From the NCBI RefSeq assembly GCF_009914755.1, contig NC_060937.1: a stretch of DNA of 64,000 bases. One strand, written 5' to 3'. Source of the stretch: the human T2T-CHM13v2.0 reference genome, Homo sapiens. The position numbers were made by a program, and so were the translations under genes. The notes under the pieces are model-generated. The model was not told the origin of the DNA. It worked only from the letters and a program-made list of their open reading frames with translations, and did no database searches. Each line of letters begins with the position of its first letter. Within the stretch, counting starts at the first letter, position 1. Positions 12,975-27,110 of this stretch are shown here, piece after piece.

Positions 12975-14890
12975 TCTAATAACTTTTTAATCTTACATCA
13001 GTTTTAGACTTACAGAAAAACTGAGAGTCATTAATAACATTCTCATATATGCAGTGCAGCACAGTTTCCCTCTTATTAATATCTTTCATTAGTTTGGTAT
13101 ATTTGTTACAATTAGTGTGACTATATTGATACGTTCTAATTAACTAAAGTCCATACTCCATTCAGATTTTCTTCCTTTTTCACATAATGTTCTTTTTCTG
13201 TTCCAGGATTCCATCTAAGATACCACATTATTTATGTTCAGTCATCACGTCTTCTTAGCGCCTCTTGGCTCTTAGTTTCTCAAACTTTCTTTGGGTTTGG
13301 CGACCTTGGCACTTTTTTTTAAAATTATTATTATACTTTAAGTTATAGGGTACATGTACACAATGTGCAGGTTTGTTACATATGTATACATGTGCCATGT
13401 TGGTTTGCTGCACCCATTAACTCGTCATTTATATTAGGTATCTCTCCTAATGCTATCCCTCCCCCATCCCCCTACCCCATGACAGGCCCCGGTGTCCCGT
13501 GCCTATGTCCTGAATGGTATCGCCTAGGTTTTCTTCTAGGGTTTTTATGGTTTTAGGTCTAACATTTAAGTCTTTAATCCATCTTGAATTAATTTTTGTA
13601 TAAGGTGTAAGGAAGGGACCCAGTTTCAGCTTTCTACATGTGGCTAGCCAGTTTTCCCAGCACCATTTATTAAATAGGGAATCCTTTCCCCATTGCTTGT
13701 TTTTGTCAGGTTTGTCAAAGATCAGATGGTTATAGATGTGTGGTGTTATTTCTGAGGCCTCTGTTCTGTTCCATTGCTCTATATATCTGTTTTGGTACCA
13801 GTGCCATGCTGTTTTGGTTACTGTAGCCTTGTAGTATAGTTTGAAGTCAGGTAGTGTGATGCCTCCAGCTTTGTTCTTTTTGCTTAGGATTGTCTTGGCT
13901 ATATGAGCTCTGTTTTGGTTCCATATGAACTTTAAAGTAGTTTTTTCCAATTCTGTGAAGAAAGTCATTGGTAGCTTGATGGGGATGGCATTGAATCTAT
14001 ATATTAGCTTGGGCAGTATGGCCGTTTTCATGATATTGATTCTTCCCATACATGAGCATGGAATGTTCTTCCATTTGTTTGTGTCCTCTTTTATTTCGTT
14101 AAGCAGCAGTTTGTAGTTCTTGAAGAGGTCCTTCACATCCCTTGTAAGTTTGATTCCTAGGTATTTTATTCTCTTTGTAGCAATTATGAATGGGAGTTCA
14201 CTCATGATTTGGCTCTCTGTTTGTCGTTATTGGTGTATAGGAATGCTTATGATTTTTGCACATTGATTTTGTATCCTGAGACTTTGCTGAAGTTGCTTAT
14301 CAGCTTAAGGAAATTTTGGGCTGAGATGATGGGGTTTTCTAGATATACAATCATGTCATCTGCAAACAGGGACAATTTGACTTCCTCTTTTCCTGATTGA
14401 ATACACTTTATTTCTTCCTCTTGCCTGATTGCCCTGACCAGAACTTCCAACACTACGTTGAATAGGAGTAGTGAGAGACGGCATCCCTGTCTCGTGACCT
14501 TGGCACTTTTGATGAGTACTGGGCAGGTGTTTTGTAGTATGTCCCTCAATTGGAATTTGTCTGATGTTTTTCTCATGATTACTTTGAAGTTAAGAGATTT
14601 TGGGAGGAAGAACACAGAGGTCAAGCACCATTCTTATCACATCAATTCAAGGGTATATTGTTAACATGAAGCATCACTGTTGATGTTGACTTTTATTGCC
14701 TGTTTGAGATAGTGTTTGTTGGGTTTCTCCACTGTGAAATGACTTCACTTCCCAACCATAATTTGGAAGGAAGTCATTATGCAAAGCCCATACTTAAGGA
14801 GTGGAGAGTTATGTTCCACTTCCTTGAGGACACAGTAGCTCCATAACTTATTTGGTATTTTTCTTCATGGGAGATTTGTCTTTTCTCCCC
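12975..14890 (-). mobile_element. L1MC-type 3'UTR split by a younger L1PA
   Basis: TTTAGACTTACAGAAAAA on the left and GAGTACTGGGCAGGTGTTTTGTAG on the right rejoin across the TSD. Confidence 0.7.
13317..14495 (-). mobile_element. 5'-truncated L1PA with ~0.9 kb internal deletion
   Basis: TSD GACCTTGGCACTTTT at 13302-13316 and 14496-14510; ORF2 RT (LFADDMIV); 3'UTR joined to ORF2 at 13495/13496. Confidence 0.93.
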
Positions 14891-14909
14891 TGGAAACCTG
14901 ATTTTAATA

Positions 14910-15060
14910 ACCAGCTTTGTCTTTGCTATCTATGCTACCTCTGGCAAGTCCCTTTACCTTGAGTTTGTTTCCCTATCTTTCAACTCTGTCTTCTTCACAT
15001 AATTTTGTGAGATATGGTAAGGCAAAATGCTTTATGCTTTATAGAGTATGACTATATGAA
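14910..15060 (+). mobile_element. MIR fragment
   Basis: Diverged core GGCAAGTCCCTTTACCTTGAGTTTGTTTCCCTATC. Confidence 0.45.
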
Positions 15061-16560
15061 GGTCTTAGTAATTGTTTCTCCTAATTCAGATTCCTTGTCC
15101 CCTCAGAGAGATCCTCTCATGGAGGCCACCTAAACAATGCCTTTCCACTGGGTATCAGGAGTACTTGAGCAGCTATTAGTGGAAGAGGAATTATGCCCTC
15201 CTCCCTAATTAAGGTAGGGTGGAGACTGGTGATTTCTGCCTTGGGGACAGACAGGCCCAAGTAAGGAGTCCTGCATTGCTTTAAATTCCTTCCCTTTCTG
15301 CTTGGTACACTCCCAATCTGGGGTGATTTCTGCGGTTAAGATTACCCAATATAGATGTTTGAAGGCTGTTAACCAGGTCAGAGGTATGAGAAAAAGAAAG
15401 GATTTTTCTAATCGGGTGCTATGAAGACAGTCTGAGGTCAGAAGCATTTTGACCCAAGGATTTCATTAACAGCCTCCTTCCCCTACCCTTTTGGGTTTAC
15501 TTCTACCTCAGACTCTCTTGAGCGTATTTTTGGTTTCGGTTTTGTGCCAGTTTCTAACACCATGGCAGGTTGTGATTAGGATGACTGTCTTTATAAAAGT
15601 TACTTGAAAGTCAGGTTTGAACAAGACACTCACACGTTCTTTGCAGAGGATGTTAAGCTTGTTGACTGGAAGCCTGCCTGCCAGAACAAGATCTTCTGCA
15701 CACACCAGAAACAATCTGCTATTGTCTCCAGGGGTAAAATGGTGCCAATAAAAAATGAAAACTTTTAGCCAAGAGGAGGAATACTGCATTAACTGCTTCA
15801 CCACTAAAGGTAATTATGGGAAAGGATTGAGAAGGTAAAAACCTCTTTTGTTTTCAGCCTAGAAATACACACATTGCACAAATGTGGTACCCAGAGCAAA
15901 GCTGCCCTGTTACAGCAGAGTGAGTGGTTCGTTCCCCGTGCAGGAACTTGTCAGGGTTAGAGCTCTTCCTTTATTCTGAAAGTTCTTAATGATGCCAGGG
16001 GAGGAGGCTGAGTGTCCCCCACCCTGCCCCATTTCCTCTGTGCTGATCTTGGTCCCAGAAACTGTTACCTCAGGGACAATTCCATGCCAGGACTTTGGGG
16101 AAGATAGAAGAGTGTGCATAGCTTTTAGGACATCTTCAGGGAAGAGCACAAAATGCAGTGTCTATGGCAAAAACCAGGGAAAGAAAAGCAAGAGAGAAAA
16201 GACCAAAAAAAGTAAACTGAATCAGGTAATGGGGTGGCTTGTCTTAATTTTATTAATTTTTAATTTGTGGCTTAATGAGTGTGGAGGCAGAAGATAGGAC
16301 AGGGAATTACAATTTTCAGAGCCCCCGTCCCATTTTCTCTCATATCCTCTGATGAATAAAAATAAAGGACTGTTGATTAAATCTAAGTGGGAACTCCATT
16401 TACTTTCTTCCCACAGTCTGTGTTGGCGTCTGACCCCCACTGTAACTCATAGGAAACACAATGGTAATATTCTGAGCCCTTATTATTCACCTACCGGGTC
16501 TGTCCTAAATTTCCCATCCTTTCACACAATTCAGCTTTACCATTAAAAAATTCAAGTTCT

Positions 16561-16963
<403 letters not shown>

Positions 16964-17472
16964 TCAAAGTTCCCTCTTGTTAAACAAGGACAGTTCAGAA
17001 CAACAGCCTTGAGAGGAGAAGCTCATTCCTGAGTTACCAAAATTTCTAGCCAGGTCCACTTCCAGTTTCATGTGTTATAAATTCATCTATGATCCTTTAT
17101 AAACTATCTGTGGTTGGGGGTGGGAGTGGAATTTGCCCTTGTTTTAAAGTTTGTGTCTGATCCTTTCAATATCTGAATCACTACAGTCTGGTTTGTTTCT
17201 TAATTGTCTATCTGGGTATGTCTGATAATCTTTCATGGGAGTCTGGACATTGTGTGTGGAAAATGGTAGAGGGTCTAGACAGTGTTCTGTTTCTTCAGAA
17301 AGAATGTTATTTATCTTCTGGGAGGCTGTTAGTATATCAGCAGATCACATTCATCTAATTAGGGAGCAAGCCATTTGAGGCTGTGCCTGTCTTTAAGGTT
17401 TTGACTACCTTGGGTTCACCCTATGTCTAGGGTGTAGAAAGTCTCAAATGAAACCCTAGTTTGTTTACTTGA

Positions 17473-18235
<763 letters not shown>

Positions 18236-18681
18236 TCAGCCACCTAGCACTTCTTGGATCAGCTTGTCTCCCTCTTGGGTTAAGCCACAAAGAAATGGAT
18301 GACTGTCTCCAGAGGAATAGTAGCTTGAATATCAAAGTTATTCTCTTTCTCTCTAGAATCTTGGCTTCTCTCAACATGGGACTCTTGATAGTCTTGAACT
18401 TCAATTTCTGTTTCTCCAGCCCCATAGGGTTGCTAAAAGCTTTGCTCAGCTTCTCAGTCTCTCTGCTTAGGCTTAATTTTTTCTTCTTTCAAGGATCTTT
18501 ACCCCTGAAATTTGACTACTTTTATAGTTCTTCAATGCCATTAAACAGGGTTGTGTGTTTGTGTTTGTTGTCCTTCTTTTCTAGTTTTTCTAAGACTAAT
18601 AGAAGCATTGCTCTGCTATAAGTCAGAAAGCAAAGTCCTTCCCTTGTTTTAGTTACCACAGTTGGAAATATTTTATAGTTT

Positions 18682-19111
18682 TGCAATAGACGGAATGGTT
18701 ATGTCCTCCCCCTGCCCCCTGCCCAAATTCCTATGTTGAAATCCTAACTCCCAAAGTGATGGCATTAGGAGGTGAGGCCTTTGGGAGGTGATTAGGTCAT
18801 GAGAGCAGAGCACTCATAACTAATTAGAGATCATAACTAATCCCTTAGTGGGATTAGTTCCCTTATAAAAGAGATCCAGAGAGATCCCTCTTACCCTTCC
18901 ACTATGTGAAGACACATGTGAAGACTGCCATCTGCCATCACCAGACAGATTTGGTGTCAGGCGAGGAAGTGAGACCTCCCTAGACTCCACACCTGTTAGC
19001 ACCTTGTTCTTAGACTTCCCTCCCTCCAGAACTGTGAGAAATGAATTTCTGTTGTTTGTAAGCCACCCAGTCTAAGGTATTCCATTATAGAAGCCAGAAA
19101 AGACCAAGGCA
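18682..19111 (+). mobile_element. MLT1A-type solo LTR
   Basis: AATTCCTATGTTGAAATCCTAAC, TATAAAAG, CAGAACT|GTGAGA; TSD AGTTT at 18677-18681 and 19112-19116. Confidence 0.85.
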
Positions 19112-19729
19112 AGTTTCCGTTCTTGTCTGCCTTGTTTCCAACCTTTAGTTTTAACCCAATGAACCAAAAATATACTTGTTCTGACTTTACTTATAATTTA
19201 AATGTAAGAGGGGTTATATTTGGGATTGTGTATGTGTTTCTAACAAACAGGAGTTTGTATTTCTTGCTTCTCCCATTGTGACTTACAGAGTAGATGCTCT
19301 AGAATAACTGGAATAAATGAATTTTGTGGTTACCATCTTACTCATGAGAAATTCCCCCTCCCTGGGAATCCAGCTGAATCACTTAGGGTGCCAGCCAGAT
19401 GGAGATTTCCTGCCGGAGATAAGACAGACCATCTGCATCTCTCCTGAGGCAAAGGGGAGAGGAAGCCAAGAGACAACTCATTTCAGTTTCTTCTGCCGTC
19501 AAATGAACAGGATGACTCTAGTTGGTCTCAAAGTCCCTTCCAACACTAAGAGTCTGTGCAACTATTAGTGAACCTATTCCTCATTCTTTGGTTTCTTTTT
19601 TGAGGATTTTGTTAAAGACCATGCCACATCTGCATCTTTGTTTTTGTCAGGCCATGCCCATGCTCAGTGGCACTGTGATAAGGGAGACTTCAGTGTGGGT
19701 GGTCATTTTTGCATTAACTCTGTTCACCA

Positions 19730-20200
19730 TGTATTAGTTTCCTAGGGCTGCCACAACAAATTACCATGAACAATTACCATAACAAATTACCATGGTGGCT
19801 TAAAACAACAGAAATGGATTCTCTCACAGCTCTAGAGGCCAGAAAGTAAATCAAGGTGTTGCAAATATTGTTTGCTTCTGGGGCCTCTAAGGAAAAACCA
19901 TCCCAGGCCTTTCTCTTAGCCTCTGGTGGCTGCTGGCAATCCTTGGCCTTCCTTGGATTATAGAGGCATCATGCCAATTTCTGCCTCCATCTTCCAGTTG
20001 ACTTATTCTCTGTGTGTCTCTCTGTGTCTGCTCCTCTTATAAGGACACCAGTCATTGGATTTAGGGCCCTAAATCCAGGGTGACTTAATCAAGATCCTTA
20101 GCTAGTTATATTGACAAAGACCAGTATTCCCAAATAAGACCACATTCTGAGGTTCTGAGTGGACATGACTTTTTGAGTTACACTTTTCAACTTACCGTAA
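19730..20200 (-). mobile_element. MLT1B/C-type LTR
   Basis: TGTATTAGTTTCCTAGGGCTGCC...GGCTTAAAACAACAG; TTATAAGGACACCAGTCATTGGATTTAGGGCCC. Confidence 0.85.
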
Positions 20201-20679
20201 CCACCAACATCAATCTTAAAACAATAAGCTTTATGAGGGCAGGAATCGTGTCTGCCTTATTCACTACAGGATTCTCAATGCCTAGTACATTCAAGGCACT
20301 TAATATTTAAAAAATGATTGAAGTTGAAATGATAGGAACTCATTACATGTTGCCAGAGACATTCAAATTAAGATGTCATTCATGGGCCAATCTGGGATGC
20401 TTGTTCTTAGAGTTTTCGATATATTTATATAAGCTCCTATGCCTCATTGGATAGATGGAAATGTAACCTACTATTGAAAACAGTATTACTTTGTAATCTA
20501 CTTTTGAAAAACTTATCCTTAAATTCTTACTTTTACTTTCTCTCTTCTTCTCTTTCTTTGGTTTCTTCCTTTTTTATTTTCTGTTGGATTACCAGCTACT
20601 AGTCCTCTGTTTTCTTCTTAGTTCTTTTTTCAATTCCTCATAATTGTCCTTTTAAAAGGCATGAGCCTAGAATGATGTT

Positions 20680-20860
20680 CATGTATGTGTATGTATGTGT
20701 GTATATATATACACATACTAGTATTATATATAAATTATATGTATAAAATATTAGTACATATTACTAATACGTATTAGTCATATATATATGTATACATGTA
20801 TATATAATGACTTAAATAAGACTTAAATATTATTTAAGTCTTGTACACTTAAATAAGATT
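20680..20860. repeat. AT-rich low-complexity patch with clustered palindromes
   Basis: (TA)/(TG) runs; palindromes at 20763-20778 and 20818-20842. Confidence 0.85.
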
Positions 20861-22514
20861 TAGACCAAAGGAGTCTGAAACATTTGGGCAGAATCTGAGA
20901 AAAGAGGATGATACTTAATTAGCCATTTTATAGTTTATCTGAAGAAAGGAGAAGCAGTTCATTTTGTATTTTAAATGAGTTATAAGATGAAAAGAATTTC
21001 ATGTTTTCCAGCATACAGTCTTTTAAGGTAATACTGTCTGCATCTTTTCCAACTATTAAACTAGGACATAATGAGTGAGATGACATTATACATAATAAGC
21101 TGCTAGTCATCCAACTAAGAAATCCTTTCTCACGCCATTTCCTGCAGAGTGAGATTGTATGGATGCCTGCAAGTATCTAAACTTGCTGCACTGTTTGAAC
21201 ATCCCTATTACCTTTCCGAGCCTCAGATCTAGTGCTTTGATTTGTTCTCTCAAGCTCCTTAAAGCTTCTTCTATGCCACTTTGGATGGTATTTAGGAATC
21301 TTGATGAATATGTTCATTATCTAATACAAAGTGACATAAAAAACTCCTGCCATGAACTCTGCCACATAACCATACCCTGCTGAACTCCTGTGATTCATTC
21401 GGTACTAGATTAATAGCATTTATGTTATTCACATATCTCTGTTGACCTTGATCTGCTAGAAACTCCCTCCTTTTTATCTCTGTTCCATACTGGGGAGGTT
21501 TTGTCCCACATTAACAATGGTTCTTTTGTACATCAAAGCGCACCCCCCCTCAATATCCCAAGTTTTAATTTTCCTTGCATGCATAATATGTATCTCTCTT
21601 CTGTTCACTGTCTGTTACTTCTTACCTATGTTTAATTGATGGATAATGGAATTTTCTACTCATTTTGCAAAAGAAAAGCACTTAAAATTAACCTTTTAGT
21701 ATCTGAATAAAAAAGACTGCAGTTTTGTGAATAAAAATGTTCACAGAAATGATTTTTCCTTCTCTTTTACAAATTTAAAAAGTACAGACTAGACACTTAA
21801 GCAGAAATCTAGTCTCATATACTTCCATTTTCCTAGCATCTTTCAAATAACAGTATTTATTTGTCTTGGAAAACAAAAGTTTTAACCAAACTGTAATATC
21901 CCTATTTTGGATGGAGTATTAAAAAATTGTATATATTATACACACAATTTTTCTATGAGTAACAATAAAGACATTGAATAAAGGTTTGTGGGCAATAACT
22001 GAGTTAAATTCAGTGAATCAATTCTGCCGTACGTTTTAGGAAACTTCACTGAAAGGCACTTGCAGAAAGGCAAACAAACAAAATCAACAACAAAATCTAA
22101 AAATTAAAACCTCATAACCTAGGAATCATTTTGTAACATGTGTCTTCCCTATTCTCAACAAGACATCTTAAATGTAAAGCATCCCCCTTTGGTTACGTTT
22201 ACGTTCAATTAGCTTATTTTTTTTTGTAATCAGTGAATACTAATCTGGTATTTAGTAGTTCCATGTAAAATACTTGTAACTCAGTTTTCCAGCAATTACT
22301 GTAGTGGCACCAGTTGGTAAATAAAAGCTTTTTAAAACTTCTCTCATGGAGTCTGATTCAGAGTGTTCGAGCAGCCTCTTGTTTTTACTTGAATTCAAAT
22401 CTTCATTTAATGTATTTATTGTTCTGGTATATTACTTCTGTGAGAAGGTAGCTCATAGCTATTATTGATGGCAAGGTGTGTAATGAGAATTAGCTACCTT
22501 ACGTGGTTTTGAAT

Positions 22515-22712
22515 TATCCAAATTTTCAAACTTTAGTGTGTATAAATGTCACCTGGGCAGCTATTTAAAAGTGCAGATTCTTGAGTTTTCCCCATTTTGA
22601 GAAATGCTGACTTTGTGGATCTGGGGGTAAGGACCCAAGTATGTGTTTTAAGAAAGCAGCCCTGTTGATTCCAATGTGCTTGACTACAGACCACACTTTG
22701 AGAAGCACTGTT
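22515..22712. mobile_element. MER5-family hAT-Charlie element
   Basis: TTTTCAAACTTTAGTGTG...TCACCTGGG...CACACTTTGAGAAGCACTG. Confidence 0.75.
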
Positions 22713-23399
22713 CTAAAATATGATGGAGCCAAGAGCTTAGTTCTATTGCTGATGGGCTTAGAATAGGAAGGTTTGAAGGATGCAGTGGAACTGCTTCCTC
22801 AATGCATAAAGTTGAATCTAGAAACAAAAATGTATAAACTATATAAACTAAGAAGAAGAAATACTTCACAGACTTGGCTTTTAATACTTTGCCAAAAGCA
22901 GGAAGAGGGAACTCTTGAATAAATTGATTTAGAAAGTGATATGGAGTAATGAGTCTTGTTGGATGTAGGACTGATAGGTTATTTTCTTCTTTACCTCAAC
23001 TGTGCTGATTTAAAATGAGCTGGGCCCCATGATTACTCATGCAAATAAATAGAACAGGCTAAAATTGCTCCATGGGACTGAAATTATTCACCCAACAATT
23101 TGTACTTGTTTTTGTTTCTTTAAGTCTTCCCATAATTGTGCTACAGGGATACTTTAGAAATGAAATGTTTCAAATCAGTTTTTAAACAGTTTTTAAATTT
23201 CTCCATGATAAATTGCTCATTTCCCCAGATAAATAGGTATGGGGATATTCATAGTCTGCATTAACATAGTTAGTGTAGAAAGTACTTTTAAAAATTAGGT
23301 CATATAGTTAATTGTTTCTATCTACATTTGTCTTTAGTTAATTAAGTGAGAAAATACGTGTGAAAGGACCTAACGGAATCTGGTACATGTTAAATACTT

Positions 23400-24525
23400 G
23401 TATCCAATTGCCCATTTAACATCTTCTCTTGCGTACCTTGCAGCATGTCAAACTCAACATAAGCTATATTGAACCATCTTTTCTGTCTCTTTTGTAAACC
23501 ACCCAGTTATTCAAGCCAGAACCTTTGTTTCATCTTTTAACATCTCCTTGTTCATCTCCCCTCCAAATTCTGTTGACTTTGTAAATATGTCTTAAACCAC
23601 ACACTTCATTCATTCACTGCTTTTGGAATAAAGCAGTGAACCAAACAGTTTTGTCTCATACAAAGTTTTTAGGTAGGTTATGAGTGATCCTCCTCATGTC
23701 CCAAGAGCTTGGTACCTATAAAGAACAGAAAGGGTGAGTGTGCAAGAGGAACGGGGCCAGAACACAAAGAGCTCTTTAGGCCATGTTAAGAATTCTGAAA
23801 TTTTATCCTAAGTACAATGGGAGAGGCTTGAAGAGTTTTGATTATGGGAGTGACACGATCAGATCTATGTTTTACAAAAATTGCTCCCTTCTATGTCTCT
23901 CCAACCCCATTTATCATAATACGAAGCCTGATCACAACATCTGACCTCAGGAGTATTACATCTGGTCTCCTTGCCTTATTCCTTTCCCAAACACATACTC
24001 CACATTGCAACCAGACAAAGGAAACAGAACAAACAAAACCCCTAGAAATCTGATTACATACTCTCCTGTTTCAAATCTTTTAATGACTTCCCAATGCCCT
24101 TAGGATAAAATCCAAATCCCTTGATAGGGTTCTGAGGCTTATGGTTAATGTTGACCTTTCTAGCCTCTTCACTCAACACTTTCCTCTCTCACACTCCAGG
24201 TACACTGAAGTTCTTTCAGTTACCCTAACGAACTGTGGTCTCTGTCACTCAGACCTTGCTGTTCTCCATGCCTGGGCACCAACCCTGTCTAGCTCTGTTT
24301 GGGCTGGCAAATTTGCTAAGCTTCACTTGGCTCGAAGTGATTTTTTCTAACCCTTGACTATGTGAGGTCCCTGCAAATAATCTTTTCCAGTTGCAACATT
24401 GATTACATTTCTGCTAGACTTAAGCTCTACCAATGTCCTGTCCTGGTCATTTCTTCAACCACAGATCCTTGCACAGTGCCTGCCACCTGGCAGGTTCTCA
24501 GTACACATCTGCCTAATGAATGATT
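23400..24525 (+). mobile_element. L2 fragments (segment ~23605-23880 in opposite orientation)
   Basis: CCTTAGGATAAAATCCAAATCC, CACAGTGCCTG, AATGAATGA terminus; the internal TTCATTCA-initiated piece is reverse. Confidence 0.6.
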
Positions 24526-24829
24526 GAACAGTACCTATTAGCTTTCTTCTAAAGAGGTCCTTGGGAAAAGGAATACTTTTGTTCATAATGACACATCTGT
24601 TTTGAGTTTATATGACAAATATCAGTAGAGTTGAAAATAAAGGTAACTGAGTTAAAATTTAGACAGGGATGTGGGATCTGATAGATGAGGCAAATGAGAA
24701 AGGACAGACAAATGGAAAGTTATGTCTATTCTAAATGAGTGATACTAATTGTTATACACAATTTTATCGGTTGTATAAGGTTTCACTTATTCCTTTCACA
24801 ATCATAATATTTGAAAAATGTTTTATATT

Positions 24830-26420
24830 TTATAAAATGCTTTTTATACATATGATCCTTGTATCTTAACAACCCTATACTATTATTATCCTACTATAAA
24901 TTAGAAAATTGAGGCCTAGCAATTGTGTCTGGAATTGGTAGGTTCTTGGTCTCACTGACTTCAAGAATGAAGCCGCAGACCCTGGCAGTGAGTGTTACAG
25001 TTCTTAAAGGCGGCGTGTCGGAGTTTGCTCCTTCTGATGTTCAGATGTGTTTGGAGTTTCTTCCTTCTGGTGGGTTCGTGGTCTCGCTGGCTCAGGAGTG
25101 AAGCTGCAGACCTTCGCGGTGAGTGTTACAGCTCTTAAGGTGGCGCAACTGGAGTTGTTCGTTCCTCCCGGTGGGCTCGTGATCTCGCTGGCTTCAGGAG
25201 TGAAGCTGCAGACCTTCACGGTGAGTATTACAGAGTGAGCAGCAGCGAGATTTATTGCAAAGAGCTAAAGAACAAAACTTCCACAGTGTGGAAAGGGACC
25301 CGAGCGAGTTGCCACTGCTGGTTCGGGCAGCCTGCTCTTATTCTTATCTGGCCCCACCCATGTCCTGCTGATTGGTAGAGCCCAGTGGTTTGTTTTGACA
25401 GGGTGCTGATTGGTGCGTTTACAATCCCTGAGCTAGACACAAAGGTTCTCCACGTCCCCACCAGATTAGTTAGCTACAGAGTATTGACACAAAGGTTCTC
25501 CAAGGCCCCACCAGAGTAGCTAGATACAGAGTGTCGATGGGTGCATTCACAAACCCTGAGCTAGACACAGGGTGCTGATTGGTGTGTTTACAAACCTTGA
25601 GCTAGAGACAGAGTGCCAATTGGTGTATTTACAATCCCTGAGCTAGACATAAAGGTTCTCCAAGGCCCCACCAGACTCAGGAGCCCAGCTGGCTTCACCC
25701 GGTAGATCCCGCACTGGGGCTGCAGGTGGAGCTGCCTGCCAGTCCCGTGCCATGCGCCTGCACTCCTCAGCCGTTGGGTTGTCGATGGGACTGGGTGCAG
25801 TGGAGCAGGGGATGGCGCTCGTCGAGGAGGCTCGGGCCGCACAGGAGCCCACGGAGAGGGTGGGAGGCTCAGGCATGGCGGGCTGCAGTTCCCGAGCCCT
25901 GCCCCGTGGGAAAGCAGCTAAGGCCCAGCGAGAAATTGAGCGCAGCGCCGGTGGGCTGGCACTGCTGGGAGACCCAGTACACCTTCTGCAGCCGCCAGCC
26001 CGGGTGCTAAGCCCCTCATTGCCCAGGGCCGGCAGGGCCGGCCGGCTGCTCCGAGTGCGGGGCCCGCCAAGCCCACGCCCACCCGGAACTCCAGCTGGCC
26101 CGCAAGCGCAGCGCGCAGCTCAGGTTCCCGCTCGCTCCTCTCCCTCCACACCTCCCTGCAAGCTGAGGGAGCGGGCTCCGGCCTTGGCCAGCCCAGAAAG
26201 GGGCTCCCACAGTGCAGCGGTGGGCTGAAGGGCTCCCCAAGTGCCGCCAAAGTGGGAGCCTAGGCAGAGGAGGCACAGAGAGCGAGCGTGGGCTGTGAGG
26301 ACTGCCAGCACGCTGCCACCTCTCACAATGATGCAAAGTGACTCCTCAGCAGTAAGTGGCAAATTGGGACTTGAACTCATTTCCTGACTACAAATCCCAC
26401 CCTCTTTAGCTATAGCACAT
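24830..26420 (-). mobile_element. MIR split by the LTR12C insertion
   Basis: TATTATTATCC...GAAAATTGAGGC on the left continues as AGTAAGTGGC...GGGACTTGAACTC on the right. Confidence 0.6.
24924..26325 (-). mobile_element. Solo LTR12C (ERV9), CpG-rich promoter-type LTR
   Basis: Minus strand starts TGAGAGGTGGCAGCGTGCTGGCAG and ends CCAATTCCAGACACA; 4-bp TSD CAAT at 24920-24923 and 26326-26329; tandem CCAAT-containing units at ~25370-25680. Confidence 0.95.
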
Positions 26421-26948
26421 TCCCTCTCTAAACATCTGAAAGCAAAATAATAATAATAATAAGTTACTTCTGGGCATGGTTTTATGTACAAAATTATTTA
26501 ATCCATTAAAAGTTGAAAACAAATGGGAGGAAAAGATAGACAATGGGAAAATGACTGTTATGGCGAGGAATCAAACCAGTTTCTGAAATATTAGCCTGCA
26601 GAAGCAGTAACAGTAGTGCAATGGTGTGCTACACCTAACTGGGATTCTCATTAAGCAGGCTGACCACCTGAGGAAGAAGAGCCTCGTGGAGGGAGGCTTC
26701 CAGTTGCTGTCACCATTTGCGTTGAACAGTCAATCAATAGTGATGATGAGATTCTACAAGACATTTAGGCAGGCTAAAAGAAAAATAAAAGGCAGAGGTT
26801 AAAAAACAAAACAAAACAAAAATTAAGAAATAAAGCCCTGATGAAACTTCTAACCTATGGGGGAAATGGATAAGCCCTTTAAACCTCTACCAGCATAAGA
26901 ATAGCTAAGACTTAATTAAGAACAGATGATTTAATGAAGCGTCTATGC

Positions 26949-27110
26949 CAGTGGTCCTCAACCTTGGCTGCACATTAGAATCACCTGAGGAACTTAAAAT
27001 AGTCTGCCATCCAGACAGCAGCCCACACCAATTTAATTAGAATCTTCGAAGGTGGAGCCCAGGCATCAGTAATTTGAAAAAACTCCTCAGGTGATTCCAA
27101 TGTTTGAGGC
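26949..27110. mobile_element. MER5A-like hAT element
   Basis: CAGTGGTCCTCAACCTTGGCTGCACATTAGAATCACCTG...CAGGTGATTCCAATGT. Confidence 0.8.

Noticed and set aside
13453-14624. 250-aa and 125-aa ORFs
   Set aside because: Truncated L1 ORF2 pieces with no promoter; the 125-aa ORF is a chance fusion with L1MC sequence.
25588-26491. Overlapping GC-rich ORFs and a CpG island suggesting a gene's first exon
   Set aside because: Explained by LTR12C; GC richness suppresses stop codons.
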